Origin: Eledone cirrhosa
Lineage: Eukaryota
Reading direction: 5' to 3'
DNA: 64,000 bases
NCBI GenBank assembly: GCA_964016885.1
Contig: OZ024746.1
Coordinates: 61,504,001 to 61,568,000, forward strand
Shown: positions 26,149 through 40,102 of the stretch, piece by piece
Layout: every line of letters begins with the position of its first letter
Numbering within the stretch: the stretch's first letter is position 1
Notes under the pieces: generated by a model
Seen by the model: only the letters and a program-made list of their open reading frames with translations
Database searches by the model: none
What the model was told of the DNA's origin: nothing
Made by a program: the position numbers and the translations under genes

Positions 26149-26877
26149 CTTGATCACATGAATGTCTATATTTGTTAATATTTTGAATTAATATATATAT
26201 ATATATATATATATGGAAGCACATGGCTTAGTGGTTAGAGCATTGGCCTTGCAATCGAAAGGTTGTGAGTTCACTTCTCAGACTAGGTGATGTGTTGTTT
26301 CCTTGAGCAAGACACTTTATTTCACATTGCTCCAGTTTATTCAGCTGTAGAAATGAGATGCTAGGACTGGGGTCCCTATAATTCCACTGTAAAGTGGTCG
26401 TGTAGGTGCCACGACAAAAAAGCACCCAGCCCTCACTGTAAATGAGGTTGGTGTTAGGAAGGGCATCCAGCTGTAGAAATCAAGCCATATTCAGTTCCCA
26501 TCCCACCATTGCAAGCAGGGAAAAGCGGACGTAAAATGATCTCTATATATATATATCATCATCATCATTGTTTACAGTTTTGTCCCACTTGAGGCAAGAT
26601 TGTTCGGGAGACCGTGTCTCGCTCGTACAGAACTGTTTCTGGCAGGGTTTTCTACGGCTGGATGCCCTTCCTAACACCAACCACGTTTACAGTGTGGACT
26701 GGGAGCCTTTTTGTGGTGTCACCTACATAACCACTTTACAGTGAACAGAAGTGGGGGGATGGAGTAGGGGGTAGGAGGTAGGGTGTATATTGGGCTAAGG
26801 GTTGCCTACTGATTGTAGGTTTAAGTTTTTATGCAAGGGAAGGTGGGTCTTCTGTATAACTGCATAGCGCCAATATA

Positions 26878-26913
<36 letters not shown>

Positions 26914-26941
26914 TTCACCAGGCTAAAAATTCTAATTTAGT

Positions 26942-26997
26942 CCAGAAATAGCCGTCGAAACGGCTTGAGCTCTGCCGTCGGGGTCATACTTTTTCCT
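26942..26997 (+). mobile_element. 3' half of a hammerhead motif between (TA)n tracts; same family as 40103-40254
   Basis: tagccgtcGAAACGGC-ttgagctct-GCCGTC^ggggtc; perfect stem III but no CTGANGA. Confidence 0.7.
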
Positions 26998-29900
26998 ATA
27001 TATATATATATATATATTTTGAAGCCGCATGGCTTACTGGTTAGAGCGTCGGGCTTATGATCGTAAGATTGTGAATTTGATTCTCGGACCGGTGTTTGCG
27101 TTTATTTCAAGTTGCTCCAGTTCATTCAGCTGTAGAAATGAGTTGCGACATCACTTGTGGTCTTTACCTTTACACACACACACACGTGTCCCTCGCCCCC
27201 ACATATGTACCCCCCCCCCCCCCACACGTTCATTATGAACGTGTATACACAAACATACATACAAGTAGTACACATTAGACATATCAGAAAATGGTTACTT
27301 AATAACCTAAACAAGGAGGGTTCTATATGAAAGAACTGACAGGAACTATCTTGCATCATACTGAGTCAATCAATCGGTGTTACAATCAAGAACTGTACAA
27401 CATTCCAATATATTTTCCATTTAAATCTGCTGATGAAGTTTAGTACACATAAATATGCTTGGTCCACATATAAACTTTAACAAACAAGCCTTGTCACTTT
27501 GCACTCTTTCTCTGCTACTAACCATACACATATCTCTTACACACACTCACTCACTCACTCACTCACACACACACACACACACATACATGCGTGCATGTGC
27601 ATGCATACACACATATATATATATATACATGCGTACATGTGCATGCACACACATATACATACACATAAGCTGGAATTTACAATGAAAATATATGATCAGC
27701 ACTTTTCATGCATATTTTGAAAATTCAGATGGTAAACAGTGCATCAATAGTATGCAAGGATTTTTTTTTTAACATGTAAATCAACAAAAGTTTGTTTTTT
27801 TACTGAATTTGAATAACAAAACCTTCATTCTTGCATAAAGGATAGTCATTTCTTTCTTGGCACATATTTATTTACAAATGAAATATAGATATGCTCACAT
27901 GTAAAAAGCTGGTTAATTTTTTTTTAGAATCAAAAGATTGTTAGAACCACCACCACCACCATCATCATCATTGTTTTTTTTTTTTGTCCACTTTTCCATG
28001 CTGGAAACATTGAGTTCTTTATTAAGTTAATATTTCACATTTTTGTGTGTAACAAAATCTTATCACCATCAATGTTTTGAGGCAATGTTTTACATCCTGA
28101 TGCCAACCATTTTAGTTGTCTCTCATGACATACATGGATATGGTGTATCTTTTCTAAAAACTGGGATATGCGTGCATGTATTTATAACTGATTGTAATTA
28201 CTAAAAAACGATTCAAATTAGAGGAAAATAGGTTAAAAATGATAATCAGAATGCATTCTATTTGAAAGTAAAGACCTGCCCAGTGGTTATTTCCAGCTTT
28301 AAAACTTAACATCACTACCTCAACCTTGGGTACCTTTAGTAAATCTCTCTTTGAGCTTTACTGCTAACATATAATCCAGTATAACCTGTTGCTTGGTTGG
28401 ATTGTCTGTGACCAAAACGTCACCCCTACCATTTTAGCCTGGTTGGGTTGTCTGTAACTAAACCGTCACCCCCATAAGTGCTATAAGACCACTTTGGGAG
28501 TGATGGATCCCTAATTCTTGTTAGCTGTTCAGTAGAGGAGTAGATAGGGCTCCTTAGATGTTGGGGGATGTACCTACCTGCATTACCCTACTGCTTTGTA
28601 GGTGAGTCGAGAAAGACAAAGGTTAAAGCAGTATACCATGAAAGAAAAATGAGCTATGTTAAGTCAGTTTTAATTTAGTGCTGGATCTCCAGCAACCTCC
28701 TGCAGCTATGAGATGGTTCTAGTCATCTTAGGTCATGTTTTCCACTAAATCTATCAATTTTTCAGCAAAGATAGTGATATGATGAAATGTGTATTATGAA
28801 TGCCACTATAACACTTCAGTTGACAATTATTTTCTCCTGCAGTGTGGTTCATGAATTTTGAATCTCAGGGGTAGTTATTGCAATAGTCTTGGTATTGTGT
28901 GTTTGCGACATTGAAATACCACCACTTCTGTAGCTTTCCTGCTTGTAAAGGTATAGTAGCTGTAGCGAAGGCTGTGAGATAAGTTGTCCTGATGTATTGA
29001 ATGTAAATAAAGCAACTATTTCTATTCAACAAAGTTGACATCTATTGTTTACTATAAAAGTTCACAACTTTCCCAAAGCAACCATACAACCACTTTTCCC
29101 TCTCAGTTTCTCTCTTGCCCTAACGTCCACTCTCCTCCTCTCTTTCTCACTCTCTTACACCTCATATCTCTATCTTATTTCCCTTCTCAAGCATTTTTTT
29201 GTTTATCTTGTATATTCAACACAAGTCACTACCTATACTGTTTGATTATGTAGACAGTGATGATGTTCTATGCGGGTTTTATGTCTTCTTTATTTTTCTA
29301 CTTCACTTATTTCCATGGCTAGCAAAAACATTTATCTGTATCAAATAAGAATAATTTTGTTTGGTTAGTCACAAAGTCAATACTTGTAATGGATGGGTAT
29401 AAGAATTGAATAATATTGATTTATAAAACAGGCACAAGACATAAAATTGGGGAGAGTGCAGTTTATAAAAGGCAAAGTCAACCATGCGATTTGAACTCAG
29501 AATATAGAGGGATGTAGTTAAATACCACAAGGTATTTTGTCCACCACACTACTATTTTTTAATTAAATAATAATTTGTTATTATTTTGCTTGTTCTGGAG
29601 AATGAAAAGCTAGATTAACTCCAGTGGGGTTTGAACTGAGAACTAAGAGTTCAAATTGAATACTGCAATGCATTTGGTTTAGCCATATTGATTTTAATAA
29701 CAAAACAGATATTTTTTTTTAAATCAGCATTAAAGCTGAATTGTATGAAGCAGGATTTCTATTTGATGGTGATGATGATTTGTAATAAAAGTTATCATCA
29801 TCATCATCATCATAACCATCACCTTCATCATAACCGCCATTATCATCATCATCATCACCTGTTTGATGATGCTGATAATTAGTAATAAGAGTTATAATAA

Positions 29901-30644
29901 TGTTGTCGTTGTTTTTTTTTATCTTTGAGGTTGAAGTGTTGTGCAGCTGACCAAAACTTTGCTACTACCATTGTGTTCATACACTAAGCAAAACCACATA
30001 ACTCTGTTGCTTGTATCAGTATGTATGACTAGCTGAAAATAGATGCTACTTCTATTTCCTAATTGGTTGGTTAGTACTAGGAAAGGCATCCAACTGTAAA
30101 AATACTTCTCCCATCAATTTATATGCAAATATTTAAATTTAGAAGGGGGGAAAAAATGCTACCATGGAAAGATTATATTAAAGAGTTACAATAAATTGTT
30201 AGATGACTTAATTGGCTAAAAATTACAAAAATGCCTGAGAAATGAATACATGGAATTATATAATCAGAGTGTAATTTTCTTAGAATTTCGGATTAGTTGC
30301 TTGATTGATCTATTGTTTCTCTTTAAAGCTTTTTGGAATAGTTTTGCAAACAGATTGAACAATATATTCCAAAGAATTGAGTTACATTTTGCTCACATCC
30401 ATGGAAATAAATGAATTTAGTTTTATGCTGCTGTTAGTTTGCTTTGATTTCCAACATTGGTGCTAAGTTCTGTGTTCATAAACTATCATTATATCACCAT
30501 CAAAGTAATTGTAAACACTTTTACTTCATAGACAAACCATTCCTTTGGCAATCTTTATTGAATGTTTTGAAAAGAAAAAGGAAAATTCTTATCAAAATAT
30601 CAATTTATATAATTAGGTTTTGCTATCTTTAATTTGGTGTTTCT

Positions 30645-31435
30645 GCCTACCCTTACCTATGGTCATGAATCTTGGGTAATGACCAAAAGAATACGATCAT
30701 GAATACAAGTGGCAGAAATGGGGTTCTTCCAAAGAGTCTCTGGTTCTTTATTTTATCGACCCCGTAAGGATGAAACTTCAGCGGATTTGAACTCAGAATG
30801 TAAAGGGACATAACTCTATGCTGTAAAACATGGTGTTTGACGCTCTACCAGTACTGCCAAACCACTGCAGTAATGTTACTTGTTAGAGTGTGTAACTCAG
30901 AGATTAGAGAGTTGCTCCAAGTAGAGCCACAACTTTTCCAAAAATTGAGAGATCACTGCTCTGATACTATATACATGTAGTTTGAATGTCTAAGGAAACA
31001 ATTGCTGGACAGATTTTATGGGAAAAGCCAACCGGCAGGAGACCTATGTGTAGACTGCCAGCAAGGTCGTTGGATAACATTCATGAACTCAGCTGGTCTT
31101 GCTTAGGGATCCAGCCAGATCAATTGGAGAGGCTTGCTTCTGACAGAACTTGCTACAACCCTTTAGCATTTAAACTGGCAATAACTGGCTAGAATTCTCT
31201 CACCTTTTTGTGTTCAAACCGGTCATAACCAGCCACTCATACTTATGTTAAGGTATTGTTCTCAAATTATATAATATCAAAATCTCGTAGATTCGATATT
31301 ATGCGAGATAAAGTGTTTACCATGAAAATAAAATAGTAAATATAGATTAATGTAAATAGTAAAGGGTTAAGGCATGCTTGAGGTCTCTGCTCCCACAACC
31401 CTCCAGGAATAAGGTGGTGAAGAAGAAAAAGGCGG
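30645..31435 (+). mobile_element. RTE LINE (Expander/Rex3-like) 3' part, interrupted by a SINE (30745-30870) and a MITE (31157-31370)
   Basis: Translates PTLTYGHESWVMTKRIRS*IQVAEMGFFQRVSG ... ILWEKPTGRRP. Confidence 0.8.
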
Positions 31436-33529
31436 CTTCTGCTTATATTGTCATAAGTTTAACCCTTACTACAGCCACTGCATTTTGTCTGTGGGCAAAG
31501 CAAATAATTCAGTTGGCTTCAATTTTAGTCAGCTGTTAGGTATGGGTGGTTAGTAGTAGAATAGATATCTTGTAAAAACATTTGCTTCACCCCAAATATA
31601 AAACTATGGTAAAGTGGATGTAAGTAATTACCTTTGTTATCATCCTCATGATTATGTTAGCATTCATCTTAGCCTTTTGATATTTCACTTTATTTCAATC
31701 ATATTCCATATTCTATATCAAAAGAATAGTACAAGACACCATTTACAAAGTATATAAGTAGTAATAAAATAAATATAATAAAGGCGGTGAATTAACAAAG
31801 TCGTTAGAGCATTGGATTAAATGACTCATAGTATTTGGTCCAGCTCTTTGCACTTTGAGTTGAAATCACAAGATTAACTTTACCTTTCACCCTTTTAAGG
31901 TTGATAAATAAAGTACCAGTGATTTATGGTGGATTGTTGCAATTGTTACGAGTCTCAGCTGTGATCTTTTATAGACGTTTATCATGTAAATTATCTTATG
32001 ATATCTCTGATGCCAATATGTATCAGCTCTTGCCTTTCCTATGAACAACATCAGTGTTGTGGAGAGGTGGGAGCTGCATGTATCAGTGACTGATGGTCTT
32101 ACAAAAAAAAAAAAAAAAAATCTTGCTCAAGTTTGCACCTTAGGGCAGAGGATGGGGCATTCCAGATGTGGATCCATAGTTTTACGATATACAGAGGCTC
32201 CCGAAGTAAAAAAACAAAAAATGATTGATTATTAAATATTTGTACACTGATCTAAGAGCATATGTAGAAATTTACTGAAATTTATCAATTTTTCTTATTT
32301 TGCCCATTCTTATAGACGTTTCATGTGCATACTAGAATTCAGTTTTGGAATGAAATATCAGCAGTGTCAGTGCCTTAGAACATGTAAACTTGTCTAATAT
32401 CAACAGTATCACAAGTTCATTGTGTGTAAAATATATTCACTTGTATTTTATGACATCATAGTTCTGATTATTTACATATTTTGCTTCTAAATTTCATTAT
32501 TGGGTAACCCAGAGTTACTAATATTGAAAAAGCTGATATGTTTATTATTCTGAACAAAGCTAGAAATTACAAGTGCTGCTTATTCATTTGGATGAAATGA
32601 ATGTTGTTTGCAATAGGTTTTTCTCATTAATAACATTTGTTCCTTTATGTCAATGTCATTTAACTTATTTATTTAAAGTTATTTTGTTTATTATCCTATA
32701 TTGCATTTCATGAACAATTGTGTTATTCAAATGTGCTGGTTTATTGGTTTTCTTGCCAATGTTTACATCTTTTGCCAGAAGCTATACACTGACTTAGGCA
32801 TAAGTATGTGCTTTGCAACCATGTGGTTTTAGGTTCAGTTCCACAGTGTGGCACCTTGGACAAGTGTAAATTCTGTTATATCTTTCAGCTGACCAATGCC
32901 TTGTGAGTGAAATTTGGTAGAGAGAAATTGTACAGAAGCCCATTGTAGGTTTCTTGTCTGTATTTAAATTATTGTTTATATGTCCCATTACTTACTGGTT
33001 TGACAATTAGAAATCATTAAAATAAGTTCTAGTGTCAGTATGATCAACAGTGCCCCAGCATGATCTCAGTCAAGTGACTGAAACAAGTATGACAGGTTTT
33101 ACACAAGGCATTGGTCAGTGTAAGGCTATGATAGCAACACTTTCCTAAATCACTTGGTTTCGAAACAAACTTCTTAACCACTCTGCATGAAGACTGAAAT
33201 AAAATTGTTTGAGGATTACAATATATTTTAAGAAGTTACAATTTTTTTTTTATTGTAAAGGGCTGTGTAAAAAGAGGGTGATTCCTTGCTCAGTATTATT
33301 GGCACTGTTCTGTCTTTCAGTAGAACAACATTACTTACTTAGCCCAACATAACAATAAAGGATAACCTTCACACTTAAGGGCCCCAAGGAATATTTGTGC
33401 CAGCATTTCATACAAATATTAAAATGTTTAGTGTTATTGAAATGGAATGGATTGGAGTACTCTCATCTCCCTCTACAAAGGGAAAAAGAATCCCCTAGAC
33501 TGGTTTGTATAGAGCTATTAAGTTATTGG

Positions 33530-33772
33530 AACATGGAAGGTATTGCATAGAGATGGTTGGGTCATGTGTCAAGGAAGGATGAAAGTGACTTGATGAGAGG
33601 AGTGATGGAAATGAATGTGGAAGAAAGCAGAGGAAAACATGGCTTGAAATGATAGAGGAGTTAATGAAAGCCAGGGTTTGGTGAGAAAGGTTGCAGATGA
33701 TGGCTTAAAATGGAGCTTGTAAGACTAACCCCATGCTTTAGCAGGGATTAGCCTTAAAATGCTTGTTGTTGT
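33530..33772 (+). mobile_element. RTE 3' end with (TTG)n tail
   Basis: RWLGHVSRKDES...RRVMEMNVE; ends cttaaaatgcttgttgttgt. Confidence 0.7.
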
Positions 33773-34267
33773 AATCCTTGCATGAAAAAAAATGCTATAT
33801 GTCTTTTTAAGACATGCTATATGTCTTTTTAAACTATAATTATATACTGTTATGAGACGATGATTGAGGTATTAATCAGGAGTAATTGTTTTATACAAAT
33901 ATGTATTTTCAAGTATTTACATGTATAAACATTTGTCATAAAATTAAGCTCAAAGTTGAAGTGGTGTTCACATGTCAATATCAACTGACTTGAAGTTTCA
34001 TTAAACAATTATGTTCCTTTTTATATACAGGTCTATTTATAATAATTTTTTCTTATGTTTTAACCAGTAAATTAGTTATTATTAGAACCTATTACCCAAT
34101 TTTAACAAATAGTAAGTAAAAATATGAATAAACAAGAGTTTTAATGATATAGCAGGTATGCTAACAAAAAAGGTATATTTTGTGTGTGATAGATACTCAG
34201 GCATAGTTGGTAGTAAGAGCACCAGTGAAATAAACTTTTGTTCTAATCCATGGAAGGTACCATAGAA

Positions 34268-34605
34268 GTAGTTGATAGTTTCTGTTACTTGGGTGACCTA
34301 ATTGGCAATGTAGGAGATTTCTTTGAAAGCATAGTTGATAGAATAAGAATAGGATAGGAAAAATTCAGGGAGCTACTACCTCTGTTGATAACAAAGGAAT
34401 TTTCTTTCCAAGTGAAGAGCAGATTGTATGTGGCCTGCTTAAGAAGTGCAATGTTGCATGGCAGTGAGTCATGGGTGGTGAAGGAAGAGGATATGCAAAG
34501 ACTGGAGCTAAAAGAAGTGAGCATGCTCTGTTGAACATGTACTATTAGTGTGCATGAGCAACAGAGCATGGATGAACTCAAAGGAAAAAAAACAAACTAG
34601 ATATG
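34268..34605 (+). mobile_element. RTE LINE fragment related to the 62-63 kb element
   Basis: VDSFCYLGDLI...KFRELLPLL...RLYVACLRSAMLHGSESW. Confidence 0.85.
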
Positions 34606-35679
34606 AGAGAGAGAGGCGGGTGGAGAATCAACCCCAGTACTGGACTGGTATATTTTTTATTGACTTCGGAAGAATGAAAGACCAAGTTGACTTCAGTAGG
34701 AATTGAACTCTCAATCTGTGAGCCCAACACTCTAGCCTCAAAACTTTGTGTCTTCACATAGAAGTGAATGAAATTAAATCAAGAATGTTATTTAAAATAT
34801 GGATGGAGCTAATGAGTGGTTTTACTATTAGTTATATCGCTATCATATTAAACTATGAATAAATGGTATTTCGAAGTTATTCTTCCAAAGATGATTTGCT
34901 TCTAATGGCTTAATTCTTGTATTCTGTTACATGGAGTAAAAGTGAATCTGACTTGGTTCTGTATTATCATGTGTCTGAGATATTGTGTATGGTTTGCACC
35001 TCACAGTATCACTTGCATTAATAAGAAATGCTTTATTTAGCAAATAACAGCATCAAGCTTGCCATTTCAACTCTTCCTCACAGACGTAATATCTCAAGTG
35101 GAATGATAATACAGTGCTCATCAGTGGAATATTTAGGAAACCGCATCATTAATCTACACATACATCATTTAGATCTGAGATTTTGCTACACATTCCATCA
35201 TGCCTGGTATAAAGATAATGATGAGGAGGAGGAGGATGCTCTTTTACAAATAAAATATTTTTTATTAAATATTATGATAAATCTAACTATTTCTCTATAT
35301 TTTGTTTGATATAAAGGCACACCAAAGGTGAGTGATTGGATAAACTAGGTGATGTGTTGTATCATATTGAAGATATTGTCCAATTTGGCTGAGAGCTATG
35401 TGGTGTATGTTGTCATTGATAATGTAGGATGTTTTGCTTTCTATTTCTGAGTTAATTTCCAACATGTTTTAGTAGATTTGGAGGTGATTCAATATTGGCT
35501 GGCAAGGACTACATTTGTTTGGGTCTTTGGGATATATTGTAGGAGGTTGGTAAACCATCATAGATTTTCAGCCTAGAGCGACAATTGATGAACGCATTGG
35601 ACCTGGATCAACTGATTGAGTTTGTGGAGGAGATTGAAATGTTTAGGTATGTTATTAAACATTCTAGGAGCTAGCTTGC

Positions 35680-36245
35680 TCTACATATGACTCCAGTGCT
35701 ATACATATGAATACAGGGCTGTTCATATGACTGCAGGGCTGTACATATGACTACAGAGTTGTACATATGACTGTACTACTGTACATATGACTGAACTGTT
35801 GTACATATGACTGAACTGTTGTACATATGACTGTACTGCTGTACATATGACTGTACTGCTGTACATATGACTGTACTGCTGTACATATGACTGTACTGCT
35901 GTACATATGACTGTAATGCTATACATATGACTGTACTGCTGTACATATGACCGTACTGCTGTACATATGACCGTACTACTGTACATATGACCGTACTGCT
36001 GTACATATGACCGTAATGCTATACATATGACTGTACTGCTGTACATATGACTATACTGCTGTCCATTTGACTGTACTGCTGTCCATATGACTATACTGCT
36101 GTACATATGACTGTACTGTTGTACATATGACTGTACTGTTGTACATATGACTGCTGTACTGTACATTTGACTAGTATTGTACATATGACTGTACTGTTGT
36201 ACATATGACTGCTGTACTGTACATTTGACTACAGGGCTGTACACA
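35680..36245. repeat. 20-bp minisatellite (gtacatatgactgtactgct)
   Basis: Visible. Confidence 0.95.
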
Positions 36246-39134
36246 TTGGAGAAACCTACAGCCATGAATTGCACCCTGACATGTCGAGGAGTTCTTATTT
36301 TAGTATTATTTTATCAATATATTTATCAGAATTGTGTACCAAGTGACTGAATTACTCATTGAAGTATAATCACTTGTATTATCTTTTTTGTTTTGATAGT
36401 CATTTGTTTTAATTTAAGCAATTTTGATAATAATAATCCCTGTGTGTGGGAGGTGGGGGTGGGTGTATGTGCATTTGTGTGTACATGCGTATGTATGTAT
36501 ATGTGTGTGTGTACATGCACGTGTCCATGCATGTGTGTGAGCATGTGTGTATGCATGTGAGTGCGAGCACATGTGTGTCTGTTTAAACCAAATGGATATA
36601 TCTTCTCACCAACCTAAGCATTTGTCAACCTCTGTTGAGTGTCAGTTCACTGCAGTTCCTTTCTTCATACCTACTTCACAGCTTCCATATTTTTTAAAAA
36701 ACAATTTTCCCTTAAACAGCTTTTGTTGCATGTTAATACTTGTTGCTGCATACCACTACTCTTTAACGGATGCTTTGGTTGCTTAGCAATATAGACTAAT
36801 TGATGCAGCTTTTTCTCTATTTATTTAGTTTCTATTTCCTTTACTCATAATAGCTGTAAAGCTTCTGTCTACTGTGTATAGGGCTGGATTCTATTTTAGG
36901 TTTGGTGGCGAAAATTGCCTGAGAATTGCCAATAAGCTCTAGAAATAGATTTATTCTATTACTCTTCTCAGATTGCCTGTTCATATTGATTGCCACCTGC
37001 TTAATAGCTAATAATTGGTCTTAAACTCAGATTGCTTGCTTAGTTGAAAATTACTTTGAGAAATATTTTTCTGTTGTTTCCGTTTGAAGTGAAAACTTAA
37101 AATAACTTCAATGAATGAAAGACAACATTATCAACAATTAATTGTTCCAAGGTCTTGGTGAACTGAGTTAATGAGCAAGGTTTGATTTTCACTTTGAATC
37201 ATTTCACTTCAGTTACACACTTAATGCTTTTAAGAAAAAGTAAGAATGTCACTTTTTCCCCTTTTTTTCCATCTCCTAAAATTCCCAGGCTTCATGGTCT
37301 ATGTACTAAATTCTTTTCTTTGTTCTGTTTAAAAGTCAGAATTGTTTGTATTGTAAAACCTGAAAGACAGGTTTGAAATAATTTTCAATAACTGCTTTTG
37401 AGAAGGGAATATTAACTTGGATTGTTGAATGTTAAAATTGACATGCTCAGATGTTAAATAGTATTTGGATTTGGAGGAGAACAACTGTCAACAGATTTTC
37501 TTTTCAGTTCTCCTCTCCTACTTCCATATATCAGTATGCATGTTTGTTTATTTTTTAGCTCTGGGTCAACCTTGATAGGTCAAATGTATGATCAAAGTCT
37601 TTCAAACCTCGACCTTTGCAACATTATAGGTGTATGCCTAACTACATTATCTAATGTGAAAACTGGTGGTGGCCACAGCAAAGGTAGACTTGTTAGAGCA
37701 GGACAGTTTCTGTTCCTCTATATCTCAGCAGTGCTGGTATCCCAGAAGAGCTGCTATGTATCCCAATACTGCAGGGGACCGAAAGGAGGCTATCAAGCTA
37801 CAGCTATTTCTATGTGTATATTTTTTTATGTTTGTCTATGCTGAGTATAAGAAATGGTGTTTTAAGAATGAGGTCGTAGTAGTGTTATGGTTTGTTATAT
37901 ATATTTCTAAGGGTTTGGTAGTGATTTTTTCATGTAGTAGCAGGAACTATGAAGGTTTGAGTTTACTGTAGGAACAAACTGTGCCTATCATATATGTTCA
38001 GGGTTTTTTCATTTTTGATATATCAGTTCCGTTGTCTTGGTAATCTCTATTATGTAAAAAACAAGAAGCAAAAAAAAATGAAGCAATTTCTTTAAATTTT
38101 GAATTAAGTTGTTGCTGTATTTGAAAAAATATAATTTACCATTTTGATCTCACTAAGGAACAACAAAAGATCTAAATTATGTCTGTGGATGTTCTATAAA
38201 AGAAATGGTATACTGTAGCTTGAGGGTATTGATAAATTAGCTCTATCAAAACCAATATTGTTAGGGGATCCTTTTGTTTCTTTATTCAACAGAAGTTCAG
38301 ACAAATATAAAAAAATCATCATCATCATCATCATTTTACGTCTGCTGTTCCATGCTTGCATGGGTTGGAAAGGTCTTTTCCAGCACAACATCTCTCTACT
38401 TGTTGCATTCCTTTGTCAACTACTCTGTGTGCTTCACTGATTTGAGATCAGCTCTTACCACCTCTACCCAGGTCTTCCTTGGTCTTCTTTTATTATAGCT
38501 TCCTTTCACTGGGATTTCTTGTCACTTCTTCACCTAGCAATCATCATCCATGGGTATCATATGTCTGTACCAGCACAGTCTTCTCTCAGTTCATCAATGC
38601 TTTGTCTTTCACACACATTAACATTGCACATCCAGCAAAGCATGCTTGCTTCATTTCTCTCCAACCTTCACATACCCTCTGCATTCACTGCCCATATCTC
38701 ATCGTCATCATCATTTAATGTCCATCTTCCAGGCTAGCATGGGTTAGACCGGTTTGTCCCACTTGAGGCAAGATTGGTCGGGAGACCATGTCTCACTTGT
38801 ACAGAACTGTCTGGCAGGTTTTCTATGGCTGGATGCCCTTTCTAACACCAACCACATTTACAGTATGTACTGGGAGTCTTTTTACCATGTCTCCTACACG
38901 ACCACTTTACAGTGGACGGAAATGGGAGGATGGAGTAGCAGTGAGTCTAGAAAACATCAAGTTTTGTGTAGAGTTGGGTTTTTCTTTAGAGCCACAGTTT
39001 GGGTGAAGAAGTGACAAGAAATCCCAGCTGTAATAACTCATAAAAAACAGAATGAGTTAGGTTTACTTTACGTAATTGAATATCGTTGAATGTGAATAGA
39101 CATTTTGTTCACATCCAAAGCTAACTAGCAAGTT

Positions 39135-39530
39135 TGGTGACCTACCCAGGCTTTGCTGCTCATCAAGCAGAAGAGGGCAAACTGTCAAAGTATCAGTCAC
39201 TTTCCGATAGGTTTATGATTTTCCAGTGTTCTTGGTTCCCAGGCCACCTCATACTCACGGCAGAGAATGAACCCTGCAAGCTGGAATGGCTATTCCAATA
39301 CATCTCCCTTGCCATCCTCTGGGGCAATGGTTTTTTTCCATTCTGTCTGCAGGGACCAACAAGTGGCCTGCACATGGGCTCTCACACACAAGAGAGTGCT
39401 CTCACATGCCAGAAAACACCCTCACATGCCAGAGAATGCCCCCCCGTCTGGTCCTGCATCACTCAGGTAGTAATGTTAGGTGCTCTTCAGAAGTAAAGTG
39501 TCTTCTCTTCTGCCTTATGGCACGAAACAC

Positions 39531-39533
<3 letters not shown>
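39135..39533 (+). mobile_element. 3' fragment of a CRE-clade (restriction-like endonuclease) non-LTR retrotransposon ending at (TA)n
   Basis: PGFAAHQAEEGKLSKYQSL...EWLFQYISLAILWGN matches the CRE RLE C-terminal pattern (AA..AE..K..KY...FQ.lSlA..rGN). Confidence 0.7.
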
Positions 39534-39587
<54 letters not shown>

Positions 39588-39830
39588 GTTAGAAACTCAG
39601 AGTAGTCTCTTACAATTAAATAGCTCTAAGAAAAAAGCTTTTCCGAGCTGTGTAATATAATTGAATAAACAAAAGAGATGAACACTAATATAAACATACA
39701 TGTGTTCGAATCGTAAGGACTAGGTTAGCTAGGGTGAAAAAATACTAACTACAGCTATATGGTTTGTCAGACTTAATTTGAAGTAGTAAATTAAGAAAAA
39801 TAACAGATCTATATCGGGCAATAGCCTGGT

Positions 39831-39912
39831 AACAACTAGACAGTTTTGAAAACTGTTTCGCAACATCTTATTAAGTGAAGTCAACACCTTTCTCTGCTCC
39901 TCAGTAGTTGTT
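39831..39912 (-). ncRNA. Complete type I hammerhead ribozyme
   Basis: Minus strand: AACAACTA-CTGAGGA-GCA...TGC-GAAACAGTTT[TCA]AAACTGTC^TAGTTGTT; perfect 8-bp stem I, 7-bp stem III, GUC site. Confidence 0.85.
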
Positions 39913-39972
39913 GAGAAATTAGTGATCCTTCCACTTCTAAAAATATTAGAAGACTGAATTGTGTGCGATATG

Positions 39973-40011
<39 letters not shown>

Positions 40012-40102
40012 TATATATATATATAACGAAGGAAATGTGGTAAGGAACCAGGTGGACCATAACGCACCAAAGTACTCAATACTTGGGGTAGTAGAGTGGG
40101 TA

